A stretch of DNA of 64,000 nt from Gammaproteobacteria bacterium (GTDB lineage: Bacteria > Pseudomonadota > Gammaproteobacteria > Pseudomonadales > Azotimanducaceae), in NCBI GenBank assembly GCA_018665025.1, contig JABJED010000264.1, forward strand, positions 6,725 through 70,724, written 5' to 3'. This document shows positions 37,382 through 46,770 of the stretch, piece by piece. The translations under genes and the position numbers were made by a program. The notes beneath the pieces are model-generated. The model was not told the DNA's origin. It made no database searches and saw only the letters and a list, made by a program, of their open reading frames with translations. Numbering within the stretch: the first letter of the stretch is position 1; every line of letters begins with the position of its first letter.

Positions 37382-38812
37382 TTAATTGCTGCTTAATACA
37401 TCTTCGATCAGACTGTCCATCGCGCGTTGATATTCCTTCTCGACGTCTTCAACGATATAGGTGTCGATGGGGATTTCTTTACCGCGGATGCTATTTTTCC
37501 GATGGGCTTGGGCGACAATTTTGTGCTCTGCGGATAGCGTCTGAAAAAAATCCTGAGAGATGATGGTTTGCCCCGCCTCTGCTTCTGAACAAAGTCGTGA
37601 TGCGAGATTAACACTGTCACCGACCACAGTATATTCCTTTCGTTGTTGCGTGCCGAGTATGCCAGCGAGCATTTGCCCTGTGTTAATGCCGATGCGTAAC
37701 TCTACCGGAGGCTGATCTTTCAGACGGCGTCTGGCATTATGGCTGCGTGCCAGTTTTTGCATTAACACCGCACACGCAACAGCGTGAAACTGGTGATTGG
37801 GGTTTTCTTTTGGAGCGCCAAATACCACCATAGCGCAATCACCAATAAATTTGTCGACGGTGCCAAAATACATTCGCGCACAGACGATAAAATAATTGAA
37901 CCATTCGTTAAGAAAATCGGCCACTTCTTCCGGTGACATTTTCTCAGATCTGTTGGTAAAACCGACAATATCGACAAATAAGACCGTGGCGGTGACTCTC
38001 TCTCCGCCGACTTGTACTGTGTCAAGTTGGCGTAGTACTTCGTTGGCGATATCTTTCGCCAAAAATTGGTCCAACAGGGATTCGACCTGGTTTTTGCGGT
38101 ACAAACCCTGGCTCATTGAATTGATGGCCTCTGTCAGGCGACCGATTTCATCATAGCGTCGTTCTTTAACCTTAACTTCATAATTTCCAGCTTCAAATTG
38201 ATGAGTAGCAGCGAGTAAATGTGATATGGGCCGTGAGACATGTCGGCTAATATAGTAGGCAGCGACGGCAGCGACGGCAGCGAGCGCCACAGCAACGACC
38301 AGCAGTAAAACGAGCATGTCGGTATACGCCTTTGCGATGCTCTCCGCCTTTAGGTTGATAGCGACGAAACCTGCCGTAACATCGCGGAAGACAATCGGTG
38401 CGACTACTTGCAACATGTTATCTGCGTCACTGCGACTGACCGGAGCAAGCCTGGTCTGAGACTCTTGCAGTAGTATGTGCAGTGACGGTTCGGTACCAAT
38501 ATCGCCCTTTGTCATTAAAGTATTCTGTTCAGCATCAAAAATGGCACCTCCCTGTACCCGGGGAAGATTGAGAAAGTTAATGAGTTGCAGCTCCAGCGAT
38601 AAATTGTCCTCGGTAAACAGGGGTTCTGTTGCGCTGGCCGCCAATTGCATCGCCATAGCATGGCCAAAGTCTCTGATCTGGCTACTTTGCAAGTCCCCCT
38701 GTTTGCTCATCGTGGTAAGACTGATGAGCGAGATAGAACTGAATACCAGTAGCGAAATCAGCACCGTCAGCCTGATTAATAGCGGTATGCTTTTAGTTCG
38801 ATTGAAGCTCAT
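37382..38812 (-). CDS. Membrane-bound HAMP-domain class III adenylate/guanylate cyclase
   Basis: Two TM segments flank a periplasmic segment. HAMP (RPISHLLAATHQFEAGNY), cyclase core ATVLFVDIVGFTNRSE...FIGDCAMVVFGAP...GINTG. Confidence 0.9.
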   Translation of the reverse strand: MSFNRTKSIPLLIRLTVLISLLVFSSISLISLTTMSKQGDLQSSQIRDFGHAMAMQLAASATEPLFTEDNLSLELQLINFLNLPRVQGGAIFDAEQNTLMTKGDIGTEPSLHILLQESQTRLAPVSRSDADNMLQVVAPIVFRDVTAGFVAINLKAESIAKAYTDMLVLLLVVAVALAAVAAVAAYYISRHVSRPISHLLAATHQFEAGNYEVKVKERRYDEIGRLTEAINSMSQGLYRKNQVESLLDQFLAKDIANEVLRQLDTVQVGGERVTATVLFVDIVGFTNRSEKMSPEEVADFLNEWFNYFIVCARMYFGTVDKFIGDCAMVVFGAPKENPNHQFHAVACAVLMQKLARSHNARRRLKDQPPVELRIGINTGQMLAGILGTQQRKEYTVVGDSVNLASRLCSEAEAGQTIISQDFFQTLSAEHKIVAQAHRKNSIRGKEIPIDTYIVEDVEKEYQRAMDSLIEDVLSSN

Positions 38813-39388
38813 GGTTACTGCACTCTACCTGGTGCTCTCTACAGCTACCATTCGCTGTAGTTCGCAAGTCGTGCGGCCATATTGTCACGTTCAGATGGCC
38901 TAGCTGCGCTTGATTATCACATTATCATCGGTCTGATGTTAATTCCTGATAAAAAACCAATCGGCAATGGATTTCCAGGCGGTGCCTGCCGCGAAGACAT
39001 GATTCAAAAGTACCGCGTTTTACTCGCAAATGGTTCACCCCCAGACTGCGTCGTCTGCGCTTTAACAGTGGCTGGGGGTATGGGTGGAACCGAGGCTACT
39101 CGCTGTGATCCCGGAATACGTTAAACGCTGGTCTATACTTACCCTCGGTCATGAACCCATCCACCGCCTCTCACATACGCCTCTCATATAGATTCCAATA
39201 ATTGCTCGACCGCGCAAATAGCTAGTCTCCAATACTCCACGGAATGCCAAAAAAGCCAAAAATGAATAGACCAAAGCTCGTTTAACCGTTAGCCACTATT
39301 CTTCAGCTGCCGTCGTGCCAAAATAGGGGTAAGCTGTGAGGTTAGGATTCCTACAACTTAAGTCAATTAGATAGAGAGAGCGAACAAT

Positions 39389-41188
39389 ATGAGTGACTCA
39401 GCAGCTGAGCTGGTTTTTGACCCTGACGCATTAAGGGAGCGTTATCGCGTTGAACGCGATAAGCGCCTCCGCGAAGACGCCAATGAGCAGTATGTCGAGA
39501 TGACTGGCACTTTCGCGCACTATCTTGAAGACCCTTACGTTGATGAGAAGACGGAACGTAAACCCGTCACCGATGAAGTGGATGTTGTACTGATCGGTGG
39601 CGGTTTTGGCGGCCTTCAGGCCGGCGCACGATTGCGCGATGCTGGCATCAAGGACATCAAGATCATTGAAAAGGGCGGCGCTTTTGGCGGCACCTGGTAT
39701 TGGAATCGTTACCCCGGCGCCCAGTGTGACATTGAAGCCTATTGCTACCTGCCGCTGCTTGAAGAACTGAACTACGTTCCAAAAGAAAAGTATGCCTTCG
39801 CGCGGGAAATTCTGGATCACAGTGAGGCGATTGGTCAGCATTTCGACCTGCACGACTGCGCTTTGTTTCAGACAGAGGTCACAGAACTTCGCTGGGATGA
39901 ATCGATCGAACGCTGGATTGTGTCAACCAACCGCGGTGATGCTATCAAGGCCCGGTTTGTGTCCATGGCCAACGGTCCATTGCATCGTCCAAAGTTGCCG
40001 GGTATCCCGGGTGTCCGCGACTTTAAAGGCCACACGTTCCACACCAGTCGCTGGGACTACGACTACACCGGCGGTGGTCCGGATGGCGGGCTCGACAAAT
40101 TGAGTGACAAGAAGATTGCCATCATTGGTACTGGCGCGACCGCCATTCAATGTGTCCCGTTCCTGGGTGAAGCAGCAGAGCACCTTTATGTGTTTCAACG
40201 CACCCCGTCGACCGTTGATGTTCGTGGCAACTCACCCACTGACCCCGCCTGGGCAGAAGGCCTGCAGCCCGGTTGGCAGAAACACCGTATGGAAAACTTT
40301 AACTCGATGATCTCTGGCGTTCCCCAGGAAGAGGACCTGGTGAACGATGGCTGGACCGACCTCATTGGCAAGATGATCAATCAGTTCCAGAATGCAAAGG
40401 CCGATTCCAACATGAGCCTTGAGCAAATGATCGAGATGGCGAACTTCGAGAAGATGGAAGAAATCCGCGCCCGCGTTGATGAGTTGGTGGAAGACGATGA
40501 CGTTGCGGAAAAGCTCAAACCTTATTACAAAATGTTCTGCAAAAGGCCGACGTTCAATGATGATTATCTACCGACCTTCAATCGATCCAATGTGACCCTG
40601 GTCGATACCGACGGCCAGGGCGTTGAGCGCATCACTGAAAAAGGCCTGATGGTTGATGGCGTCGAATATGAAGTTGACTGCATCATCTATAGCACAGGCT
40701 TTGAAGTCGGCACCAGTTACACCCGCCGGTCCGGTTACGACGTCATCGGCCGGGAGGCAAAATCGCTGAGTGATCACTGGCGTGACGGCACCCGTTCACT
40801 GCACGGCATGGGCAGTCATGGTTTCCCTAATGTTTTCATTATGAATACTTCCCAGGGCGGCTTTACGGCCAACTTCCCGCACCTGCTGGATGAATCGGCA
40901 GTGCACCAGGCACATATCATTGCCCATGCACTGGTTCAGGGCTACAACACGGTTGAGGTCACGGCGACAGCTGAAGAAGAGTGGATCGACACCATTGTCG
41001 GCTTTACAGGCGGCCCGCTCGGAGGTCTCGGCGGACCTGATTGCACCCCCGGTTATTACAACAATGAGGGGCAGCCGAACCCCAATGCCCAGCAATCAGC
41101 GCCTTACGGCGGTGGTTCAATCCGCTTTTTTGAACTGTTGAAAGAGTGGCGCGAGGATGGGAACTTCGAAGGGCTGACGTTTAAGTAA
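39389..41188 (+). CDS. Type I Baeyer-Villiger (flavin-dependent) monooxygenase
   Basis: VLIGGGFGGL, GGTWYWNRYPGAQCD, BVMO fingerprint FKGHTFHTSRWD, IIGTGATAIQ. Confidence 0.9.
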   Translation: MSDSAAELVFDPDALRERYRVERDKRLREDANEQYVEMTGTFAHYLEDPYVDEKTERKPVTDEVDVVLIGGGFGGLQAGARLRDAGIKDIKIIEKGGAFGGTWYWNRYPGAQCDIEAYCYLPLLEELNYVPKEKYAFAREILDHSEAIGQHFDLHDCALFQTEVTELRWDESIERWIVSTNRGDAIKARFVSMANGPLHRPKLPGIPGVRDFKGHTFHTSRWDYDYTGGGPDGGLDKLSDKKIAIIGTGATAIQCVPFLGEAAEHLYVFQRTPSTVDVRGNSPTDPAWAEGLQPGWQKHRMENFNSMISGVPQEEDLVNDGWTDLIGKMINQFQNAKADSNMSLEQMIEMANFEKMEEIRARVDELVEDDDVAEKLKPYYKMFCKRPTFNDDYLPTFNRSNVTLVDTDGQGVERITEKGLMVDGVEYEVDCIIYSTGFEVGTSYTRRSGYDVIGREAKSLSDHWRDGTRSLHGMGSHGFPNVFIMNTSQGGFTANFPHLLDESAVHQAHIIAHALVQGYNTVEVTATAEEEWIDTIVGFTGGPLGGLGGPDCTPGYYNNEGQPNPNAQQSAPYGGGSIRFFELLKEWREDGNFEGLTFK

Positions 41189-41295
41189 AAACGAGCCAGG
41201 CGCTAAAATTCTGCCGGTACCGCCGCGACCGGCGAAACTCGTGTTCCGTACACCAATGGTAAAAAGTACGCAAGCACGTGAAATACCGGTATTTG

Positions 41296-41319
41296 AACCC
41301 TGCAACGTGTTGCAGGGTT
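41296..41319 (+). terminator. 10-bp stem hairpin downstream of the BVMO gene
   Basis: AACCCTGCAA-CGTG-TTGCAGGGTT. No U-tract follows, so its terminator function is uncertain. Confidence 0.3.
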
Positions 41320-41466
41320 AACAACGCCGACAAAGAAACCGCTTGTGTCCTATACTGGTTGCTTCCAGGAAGAAGAAGAAAACCCATCAACATGCAGTCA
41401 GTGTTTCATCAGATGTTGAATACACGTGATGGATAATAAGATTATCCAGCAAGACGATTACACTCT

Positions 41467-42984
41467 ATGAGCGATTATCCACCGGAACCGGAAGTCGACT
41501 GGTTTATATTTGTCGCTGGCAGCCTGTTACTCGTCGCAGTCATCTTACCTATTGTTTTCGCACCTGATGCCAGTCGAGAACTGATTGCTCACGTATTCAC
41601 GTTTCTCACCACCGAAATGGGTGTCGTCTACATCATCGCTGCTACACTTATCTTCGTCTTTCTGCTGGTCGTCGCAGTGAGTGGCTGGGGCAGTATCAGG
41701 CTGGGCGATCAACCCCCACAATATTCCTCGGCCAGCTGGATCGCGATGCTGTTCTCATGTGGCATCGGCGCAAGTCTCATTTACTGGGGCGCCGCTGAGT
41801 GGGTTTTTTATTATCTGGATCCGCCATTCGGTATCGAAGCAAAATCCGATGAAGCGGTATTGTGGGCAATGAGCTACGGCATGTTTCATTGGGGGCCTGT
41901 TGGCTGGGCACTTTACTGTCTTCCCGCCATCGCACTGGCCTGCAGTTATCATATCAAGAAAATTCCTTCACTCAGGCTCAGCGGTGCCTGCGAACCGGTA
42001 CTTGGTTCATACACCCACCGAATACCAGGTCGTATCATTGATCTGCTTTTTATCATTGGCCTTCTAGGAACGGCTGCAACGGGCCTCGGACTTGGAACAT
42101 CCGTCGTTGCCTCTGCTGCAACCCGCATGACCGGTATTGAGGACGGCTTTGAGATGCAGGCAATCATCATCTTCATCGTCACCATCACTATTGCCTACTC
42201 TGTTTATCGCGGCATGGACGATGGCATAAGAGTGCTCAGTAACATCAATATGAGCCTTGCATTGATCCTGGTTACCTTTGTTCTGCTGGTTGGGCCGACT
42301 CGATTCATCCTGGAAATGGCCATTGTCAGCATAGGCCACATCACCAGCAATTTTGTCCGAATGATGACCTGGGCTGACCCACTGGAGCGTTCAAGCTTCG
42401 TTGAGAGCTGGACCGTTTTTTACTGGGCATGGTGGCTGGCGCTTGGACCTTTTGTTGGTATGTTTGTGTGCAAGATTTCACACGGCCGTACCATTAGAGA
42501 AGTGATTTTCGGCATGATGGGTTGGGGTAGTCTTGGCTGTTGGTTGTTTTTTATCGTCCTCGGCAATCACGCTTTCTTCCTCGAACAACAGGGCATTTTA
42601 CCTATTGTTCAGGAAGCGTCCGAGGTCAGCCCTTCCGCCGCGATAGCCAGTATCATCGCGATACTTCCGTTCGGCACCTTCTGGCTCTTTTACCTCGCCG
42701 TCATCGGCATCATATTCACCGCCACCACTTACGACTCTGCGTCCTACACACTGGCTGCAGGTGCCTCGCGCTATCTGGGAGAACATGATCACCCCGCGCG
42801 ATGGCATCGTGTCTTCTGGGCTGCTGCGCTGGGTGTACTGCCAGCGAGTCTTCTCTATCTTGGTGGCATCAGAGTACTTCAGACGGCATCTGTCGTTGCC
42901 TCCCTGCCTCTGTTGTTGGTCTATCTAATGCTTGCTGTATCTATCGTGAGAACACTCTCCTCAGCAGTGGCAACTAGGGATTAG
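41467..42984 (+). CDS. BCCT-family (betaine/carnitine/choline) transporter
   Basis: 12 TM segments, WTVFYWAWWLALGPFVGMFVCKISHGRTIRE (BCCT signature region). Confidence 0.9.
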   Translation: MSDYPPEPEVDWFIFVAGSLLLVAVILPIVFAPDASRELIAHVFTFLTTEMGVVYIIAATLIFVFLLVVAVSGWGSIRLGDQPPQYSSASWIAMLFSCGIGASLIYWGAAEWVFYYLDPPFGIEAKSDEAVLWAMSYGMFHWGPVGWALYCLPAIALACSYHIKKIPSLRLSGACEPVLGSYTHRIPGRIIDLLFIIGLLGTAATGLGLGTSVVASAATRMTGIEDGFEMQAIIIFIVTITIAYSVYRGMDDGIRVLSNINMSLALILVTFVLLVGPTRFILEMAIVSIGHITSNFVRMMTWADPLERSSFVESWTVFYWAWWLALGPFVGMFVCKISHGRTIREVIFGMMGWGSLGCWLFFIVLGNHAFFLEQQGILPIVQEASEVSPSAAIASIIAILPFGTFWLFYLAVIGIIFTATTYDSASYTLAAGASRYLGEHDHPARWHRVFWAAALGVLPASLLYLGGIRVLQTASVVASLPLLLVYLMLAVSIVRTLSSAVATRD

Positions 42985-42987
42985 AAT

Positions 42988-43472
42988 CAAAAAGGGCGCC
43001 ATGGCTGCTACATCCTCGGCGTCAGTAAATTGAAGTATCGAACTCTGGCGCTGATAGGTTTGCCGGATCCTGTTGGCGACCACGCTTTGCTCTTTGGCCG
43101 CCTTTTCTCTGAGGTTATCAATACGTGGGCCGTTTACGCTGCCAGGGAGAAGCTTTACATCTATGGTTTGCCCCTCAGAGTGTAACGCTGAAAAAATTGC
43201 CAAATAAGATCCATGCCCCAACTTTCGAATTCGGCATCCTCAGTCAATCCACAAACCGCCTGTTCCGGCATACTCGGCGATTGAAGCAATGTCGCACAGG
43301 TTGCTATTGCGCCTTTCACGGACATGCCGGGCCATAGGTGACCAGAATCGGGTTGGCCACAACTTACGGCTTCATGGCCTGTTATTGAACAATCTGTATA
43401 GGCTACACATCGCAAGCCATTGTCCTCCGAGAGTTTATTTTTCCACCCGATCGGACCCGATGCACATGACAA
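42988..43472 (-). pseudogene. Decayed short-chain dehydrogenase/reductase (SDR) remnant: N-terminally truncated and frameshifted
   Basis: SDR C-terminal motifs are scattered over different minus-strand frames: ...GMSVKGAIAT (degenerate YxxxK), ...AEYAGTGGLWID, IDVKLLPGSVNGPRIDNL, FTDAEDVAAMAPFL. There is no Rossmann N-terminus. Confidence 0.6.
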
Positions 43473-43481
43473 ACCGTGAGC

Positions 43482-44276
43482 TCAGGCCGCCAAAGTATCA
43501 TCGGCGGTTTCATAAATAAAACCATCAGCAGCAGGTTTACCGTCGCTGCGCACTGTATCGTCTCCCTCCGAGTAGAGATGAAACATAGGAACAGATTGCT
43601 CAGGCGCGCAGGCAAAACCTGGCGCTAATTGCGCAAGGATCGACGCGATGGCTGCGAATCGATGACTCAAGTTGCAACCGAGTCTAAATGCCATCATACC
43701 TCCATTACTCACCCCAAGAGGATAGTGCCGCTGAGGATCAGTATGAAATTCAAGCTCAACGGCATTCAGCACTTTCTCGATAAACCCCAGATCATCACCA
43801 CAGGAAGTCCATGCGCACCGTGAACAATTTGAACAATCCGGCGGGCACGGAAACTTTTGTGCATCAGCAACACAATGTGGCGTTGAATCTGGATCCGAGG
43901 ACGCAAGGTTTGATGCCATATCGTTCCACGACGTAATCTGATAACCAAATCCTGGTTGTTGTGAGGTACGAAAGTGTTGGCCCTGTGGATAGACAGCGAT
44001 GTATCCAAACCTTGCTGCGTGACGGTTAACACCGTGAAAAGCTTCAAAGCCGGTCGCAGTACTCAACTATCCATGAAGGCCAAGGACCAAAGGAGGCGGG
44101 ATAGATTTTTTTGATTTGGGCACATAGACAAAATACTCGCGTTGGACACCATCATGAACCATCGCGCGCTTATGCATCTGTCCGGAGTCAGAGTCATTCG
44201 CTACAGGCAGTGAATGGTAGAAAACCAGGCTAACCAACAATGCTGATACCGACAAAAAACGAACATCAATCACCAC
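43482..44276 (-). pseudogene. PHB-depolymerase-family esterase (LpqC-like) with an in-frame amber stop
   Basis: ORFs 44067..44276 (signal peptide ...PPPLVLGLHG) and 43482..44066 (STATGFEAF...YPLGVSNGGMMAF) share one frame, separated only by TAG 44067-44069. Confidence 0.7.
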
Positions 44277-44277
44277 A

Positions 44278-44481
44278 TTACGCCTCCACGCTCGCTTGCC
44301 AACCCATAGGCCAGAACGGTTGAAAGCACCGCTCCAGAACCCAGAGCCAGATAACCGTTGCCAAAAAAAGCGTCAACAGTATGACCTGCCAGTGCCGATC
44401 ACGGGGAACGTTGGTTGCCGCAGTATGCCAAACGATCCGGGGATTTTCAGCGAATGGACCTGACGGGTCTGCTGCACTCAC
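44278..44481 (-). CDS. Possible small membrane protein (67 aa)
   Basis: Fits exactly between the phosphodiesterase stop (GTGA overlap) and the esterase start (1-nt gap). One TM-like stretch, VILLTLFLATVIWLWVL. No homology recognised. Confidence 0.25.
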   Translation of the reverse strand: MSAADPSGPFAENPRIVWHTAATNVPRDRHWQVILLTLFLATVIWLWVLERCFQPFWPMGWQASVEA

Positions 44482-45455
44482 GGGCAGTCCAGAAAACTGG
44501 CACCGTCAAGATGACGTCTAATCTCTTCAGGCATGGTGATTTTCATGTGTTCGACAATAGATGGCAGGATATCAACGATTCCCGGCATCTTGTAGTAACG
44601 ATCGTTGCGGCACGTACTGTTGGTCACAATCCATGTCGTCCGTTCTCTTGACGACTGACCGCCATGACCTTTGCCACCTTTCTCCTTGCGCCCGTGATCC
44701 GTCGTGACGACCACCAGCCAATTTTCGCCTGACTTTGCCTGCCTGGCCTGAATCGATTGCCAGATATCACCCAGGAGATCATCCGCGAACCGAACGGCGG
44801 CGTCGAACTCTGTGCTCTCGCCGTATCGATGGCCCATATCATCAGTATATTGAAGGTAGACCCAGGTAAGATCGGGACCATGAGCTGCGATGTACTCAGC
44901 TGCCTGACTCGCAACGAAGGTGTCGATATTTTTAATGTTCCCCGAATCCGGTGCTATCGGGAAACGCTTTTGATCGTTTTCCATTCCATCGACATAGTGA
45001 TCCAGTTTCATACCACCGGCCGCATCCAGGCCGTCGCCAATGAGTCGGGTCCGATTATCCTCCCAGGTCGAGAATAGCGCGGTATGCAACGAAGGGTCGT
45101 GAGCTTTGGCGATGCGAAATATTCCCCAGTAGCCATAGTCGGGATTACTAACCCGATTATTCCAGACATTATGTTTGTTCGCCCAGGTCCCGGTCAGCAG
45201 GCTCTGATAGCTCACCGCAGAAACGGTCGGACTCTCTGAGTCGCCGCCCACTTCGCCGCCAACATAAGCTCGAGTGTATCCGCCTTCACCACTGATCAAA
45301 TCGAGGTTGGGCGTTTCGACCCGCTCAATCACATCTGCCGGAATGCCATCGAGTAGCACAAAGAGAGTTTTGCGCGTCGCCATGTGACTGCTCGCATTGA
45401 CCTGGCAGCTTAAGACCAGTGACAGAACAAGGCCGGTGAAACCCGAACTACTCAA
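44478..45455 (-). CDS. Alkaline phosphatase superfamily protein (nucleotide pyrophosphatase/phosphodiesterase type)
   Basis: Signal peptide, LFVLLDGIPADV, SPTVSAVSYQSLLTG, YTDDMGHRYG, VVVTTDHGR...GHGG. Confidence 0.85.
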   Translation of the reverse strand: MSSSGFTGLVLSLVLSCQVNASSHMATRKTLFVLLDGIPADVIERVETPNLDLISGEGGYTRAYVGGEVGGDSESPTVSAVSYQSLLTGTWANKHNVWNNRVSNPDYGYWGIFRIAKAHDPSLHTALFSTWEDNRTRLIGDGLDAAGGMKLDHYVDGMENDQKRFPIAPDSGNIKNIDTFVASQAAEYIAAHGPDLTWVYLQYTDDMGHRYGESTEFDAAVRFADDLLGDIWQSIQARQAKSGENWLVVVTTDHGRKEKGGKGHGGQSSRERTTWIVTNSTCRNDRYYKMPGIVDILPSIVEHMKITMPEEIRRHLDGASFLDCP

Positions 45456-46734
45456 GAGATACTGTCAGAGACTGGTAGATGGCCACCGACAGATCATCAC
45501 GCAACCGCCATGGTGAGGCGAATAGTTGTGACATGCAGATGACGATGACGTCCTCGACCGGGTCCAGCCAATAAACCGTGCCCGCGGCGCCACCCCAGTC
45601 CAGTTCTCCCTTTGAAGACAGCACGCCTCGCCTTATCGGATCTATGTAAACACCAATGCCCAGTCCGTGACCGCCACCAATCCCCAGATTGCGATCATGG
45701 TCAGGTCCAATATTGGCTTCGGTAATCGATCGGGGCAGATGATCTTTGGCCATATACTTGATGAGCTTGGGGCTGAGAAGCCACTTGCCATCCACTTCAC
45801 CGCCCCGACGCAGCATTTCCAGAAATTTCAGATAGTCACCCGCAGTGGATATAAGCCCGAAACCACCGGCATCAAACGGTGCAACTCGATAGCCCGATTG
45901 AAACGGCAAGCCGGAAACGAGCAGCATGCCGTTTTCAGCTTTGTTCCAGGCATGACTGGATGCGAGCCTGTGCAGTTTTTCTGCGGGCACAGCAAAAAAC
46001 GTGTCCTGCATCTGCAGTGGTTCGAACAGGCGTGACTTCATGAATTCGCCGAGGCTCTGCCCGGAAATATTTGCGACAACGGCGCCCAGGACATCCGAGG
46101 AATAACCGTACTTCCAGCCTTCTCCCGGATCATGATGGAGCGGTAATCGCGAGAGCCGTTCGACAAAGGTGTCAACATCCTGACTACCTACCAGGTCTGC
46201 TTCGCCGATCAGCTTTGTCAGCATCTCGTCTCCATAACCGTAACTCAGACCAGACATGTGCGTGAACAGATGATGCATAGTCATTTTTATCTTTGCTGGA
46301 CGCAGCGCACCATTCTCGTAGACCTGCATATCCTTGAAGTCTGGTAAAAATTTCTCGACCGGGTCATCCAAATGAAAATGACCTTCCTCGTAGAGGATGA
46401 GCGCGGCAACAGCAGTTACAGCCTTGGTCATAGAATAAATCCGGAACAGGGTATCTGCCTGAACGGGCAACTCGTTGTCCATGCCAAGCACGCCTTGCGC
46501 GCTCGTCTGCACGAGTTTTCCGTGTCGCGTAATCATCGTCACCATGCCCATGACGCGACCTTCCTCAACATATCTGCTGGCGACCTGATCGACTCGTTGT
46601 AACCTCTCTGCCGAGATACCCAACTCTTCTGCTGGAGTTAGTTCTTCTGCCTGCGCTCCGATCACCGAGCAGCACAACATCACCAGGATGCCCAAGGCAG
46701 CCTGTACATCAAATTTCATCTGTAGCTTTCCCAT
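45448..46734 (-). CDS. Serine hydrolase, beta-lactamase/esterase (class C-like) family
   Basis: Signal peptide and S-x-x-K motif FRIYSMTKAVTAVA. ATG 46734 follows AAGGAG; the track ORF starts 10 codons upstream. Confidence 0.85.
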   Translation of the reverse strand: MGKLQMKFDVQAALGILVMLCCSVIGAQAEELTPAEELGISAERLQRVDQVASRYVEEGRVMGMVTMITRHGKLVQTSAQGVLGMDNELPVQADTLFRIYSMTKAVTAVAALILYEEGHFHLDDPVEKFLPDFKDMQVYENGALRPAKIKMTMHHLFTHMSGLSYGYGDEMLTKLIGEADLVGSQDVDTFVERLSRLPLHHDPGEGWKYGYSSDVLGAVVANISGQSLGEFMKSRLFEPLQMQDTFFAVPAEKLHRLASSHAWNKAENGMLLVSGLPFQSGYRVAPFDAGGFGLISTAGDYLKFLEMLRRGGEVDGKWLLSPKLIKYMAKDHLPRSITEANIGPDHDRNLGIGGGHGLGIGVYIDPIRRGVLSSKGELDWGGAAGTVYWLDPVEDVIVICMSQLFASPWRLRDDLSVAIYQSLTVSLE

Positions 46735-46770
46735 CGTAGTAGGCTCTCCTTGTTCGAGCCGCATCGCGCC

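Noticed and set aside
39316-39331. Sigma-54-like string TGGCACGACGGCAGCT on the minus strand upstream of the cyclase gene
   Set aside because: The -12 element is poor (CAGCT versus TTGCW), it lies about 500 nt from the start codon, and no activator gene is adjacent.
44067-44069. In-frame TAG in the esterase as programmed recoding (pyrrolysine or readthrough)
   Set aside because: Nothing suggests a Pyl system in this kind of organism, there is no recognisable recoding signal, and a decayed SDR lies next door. A nonsense mutation or sequencing error is the simpler explanation.
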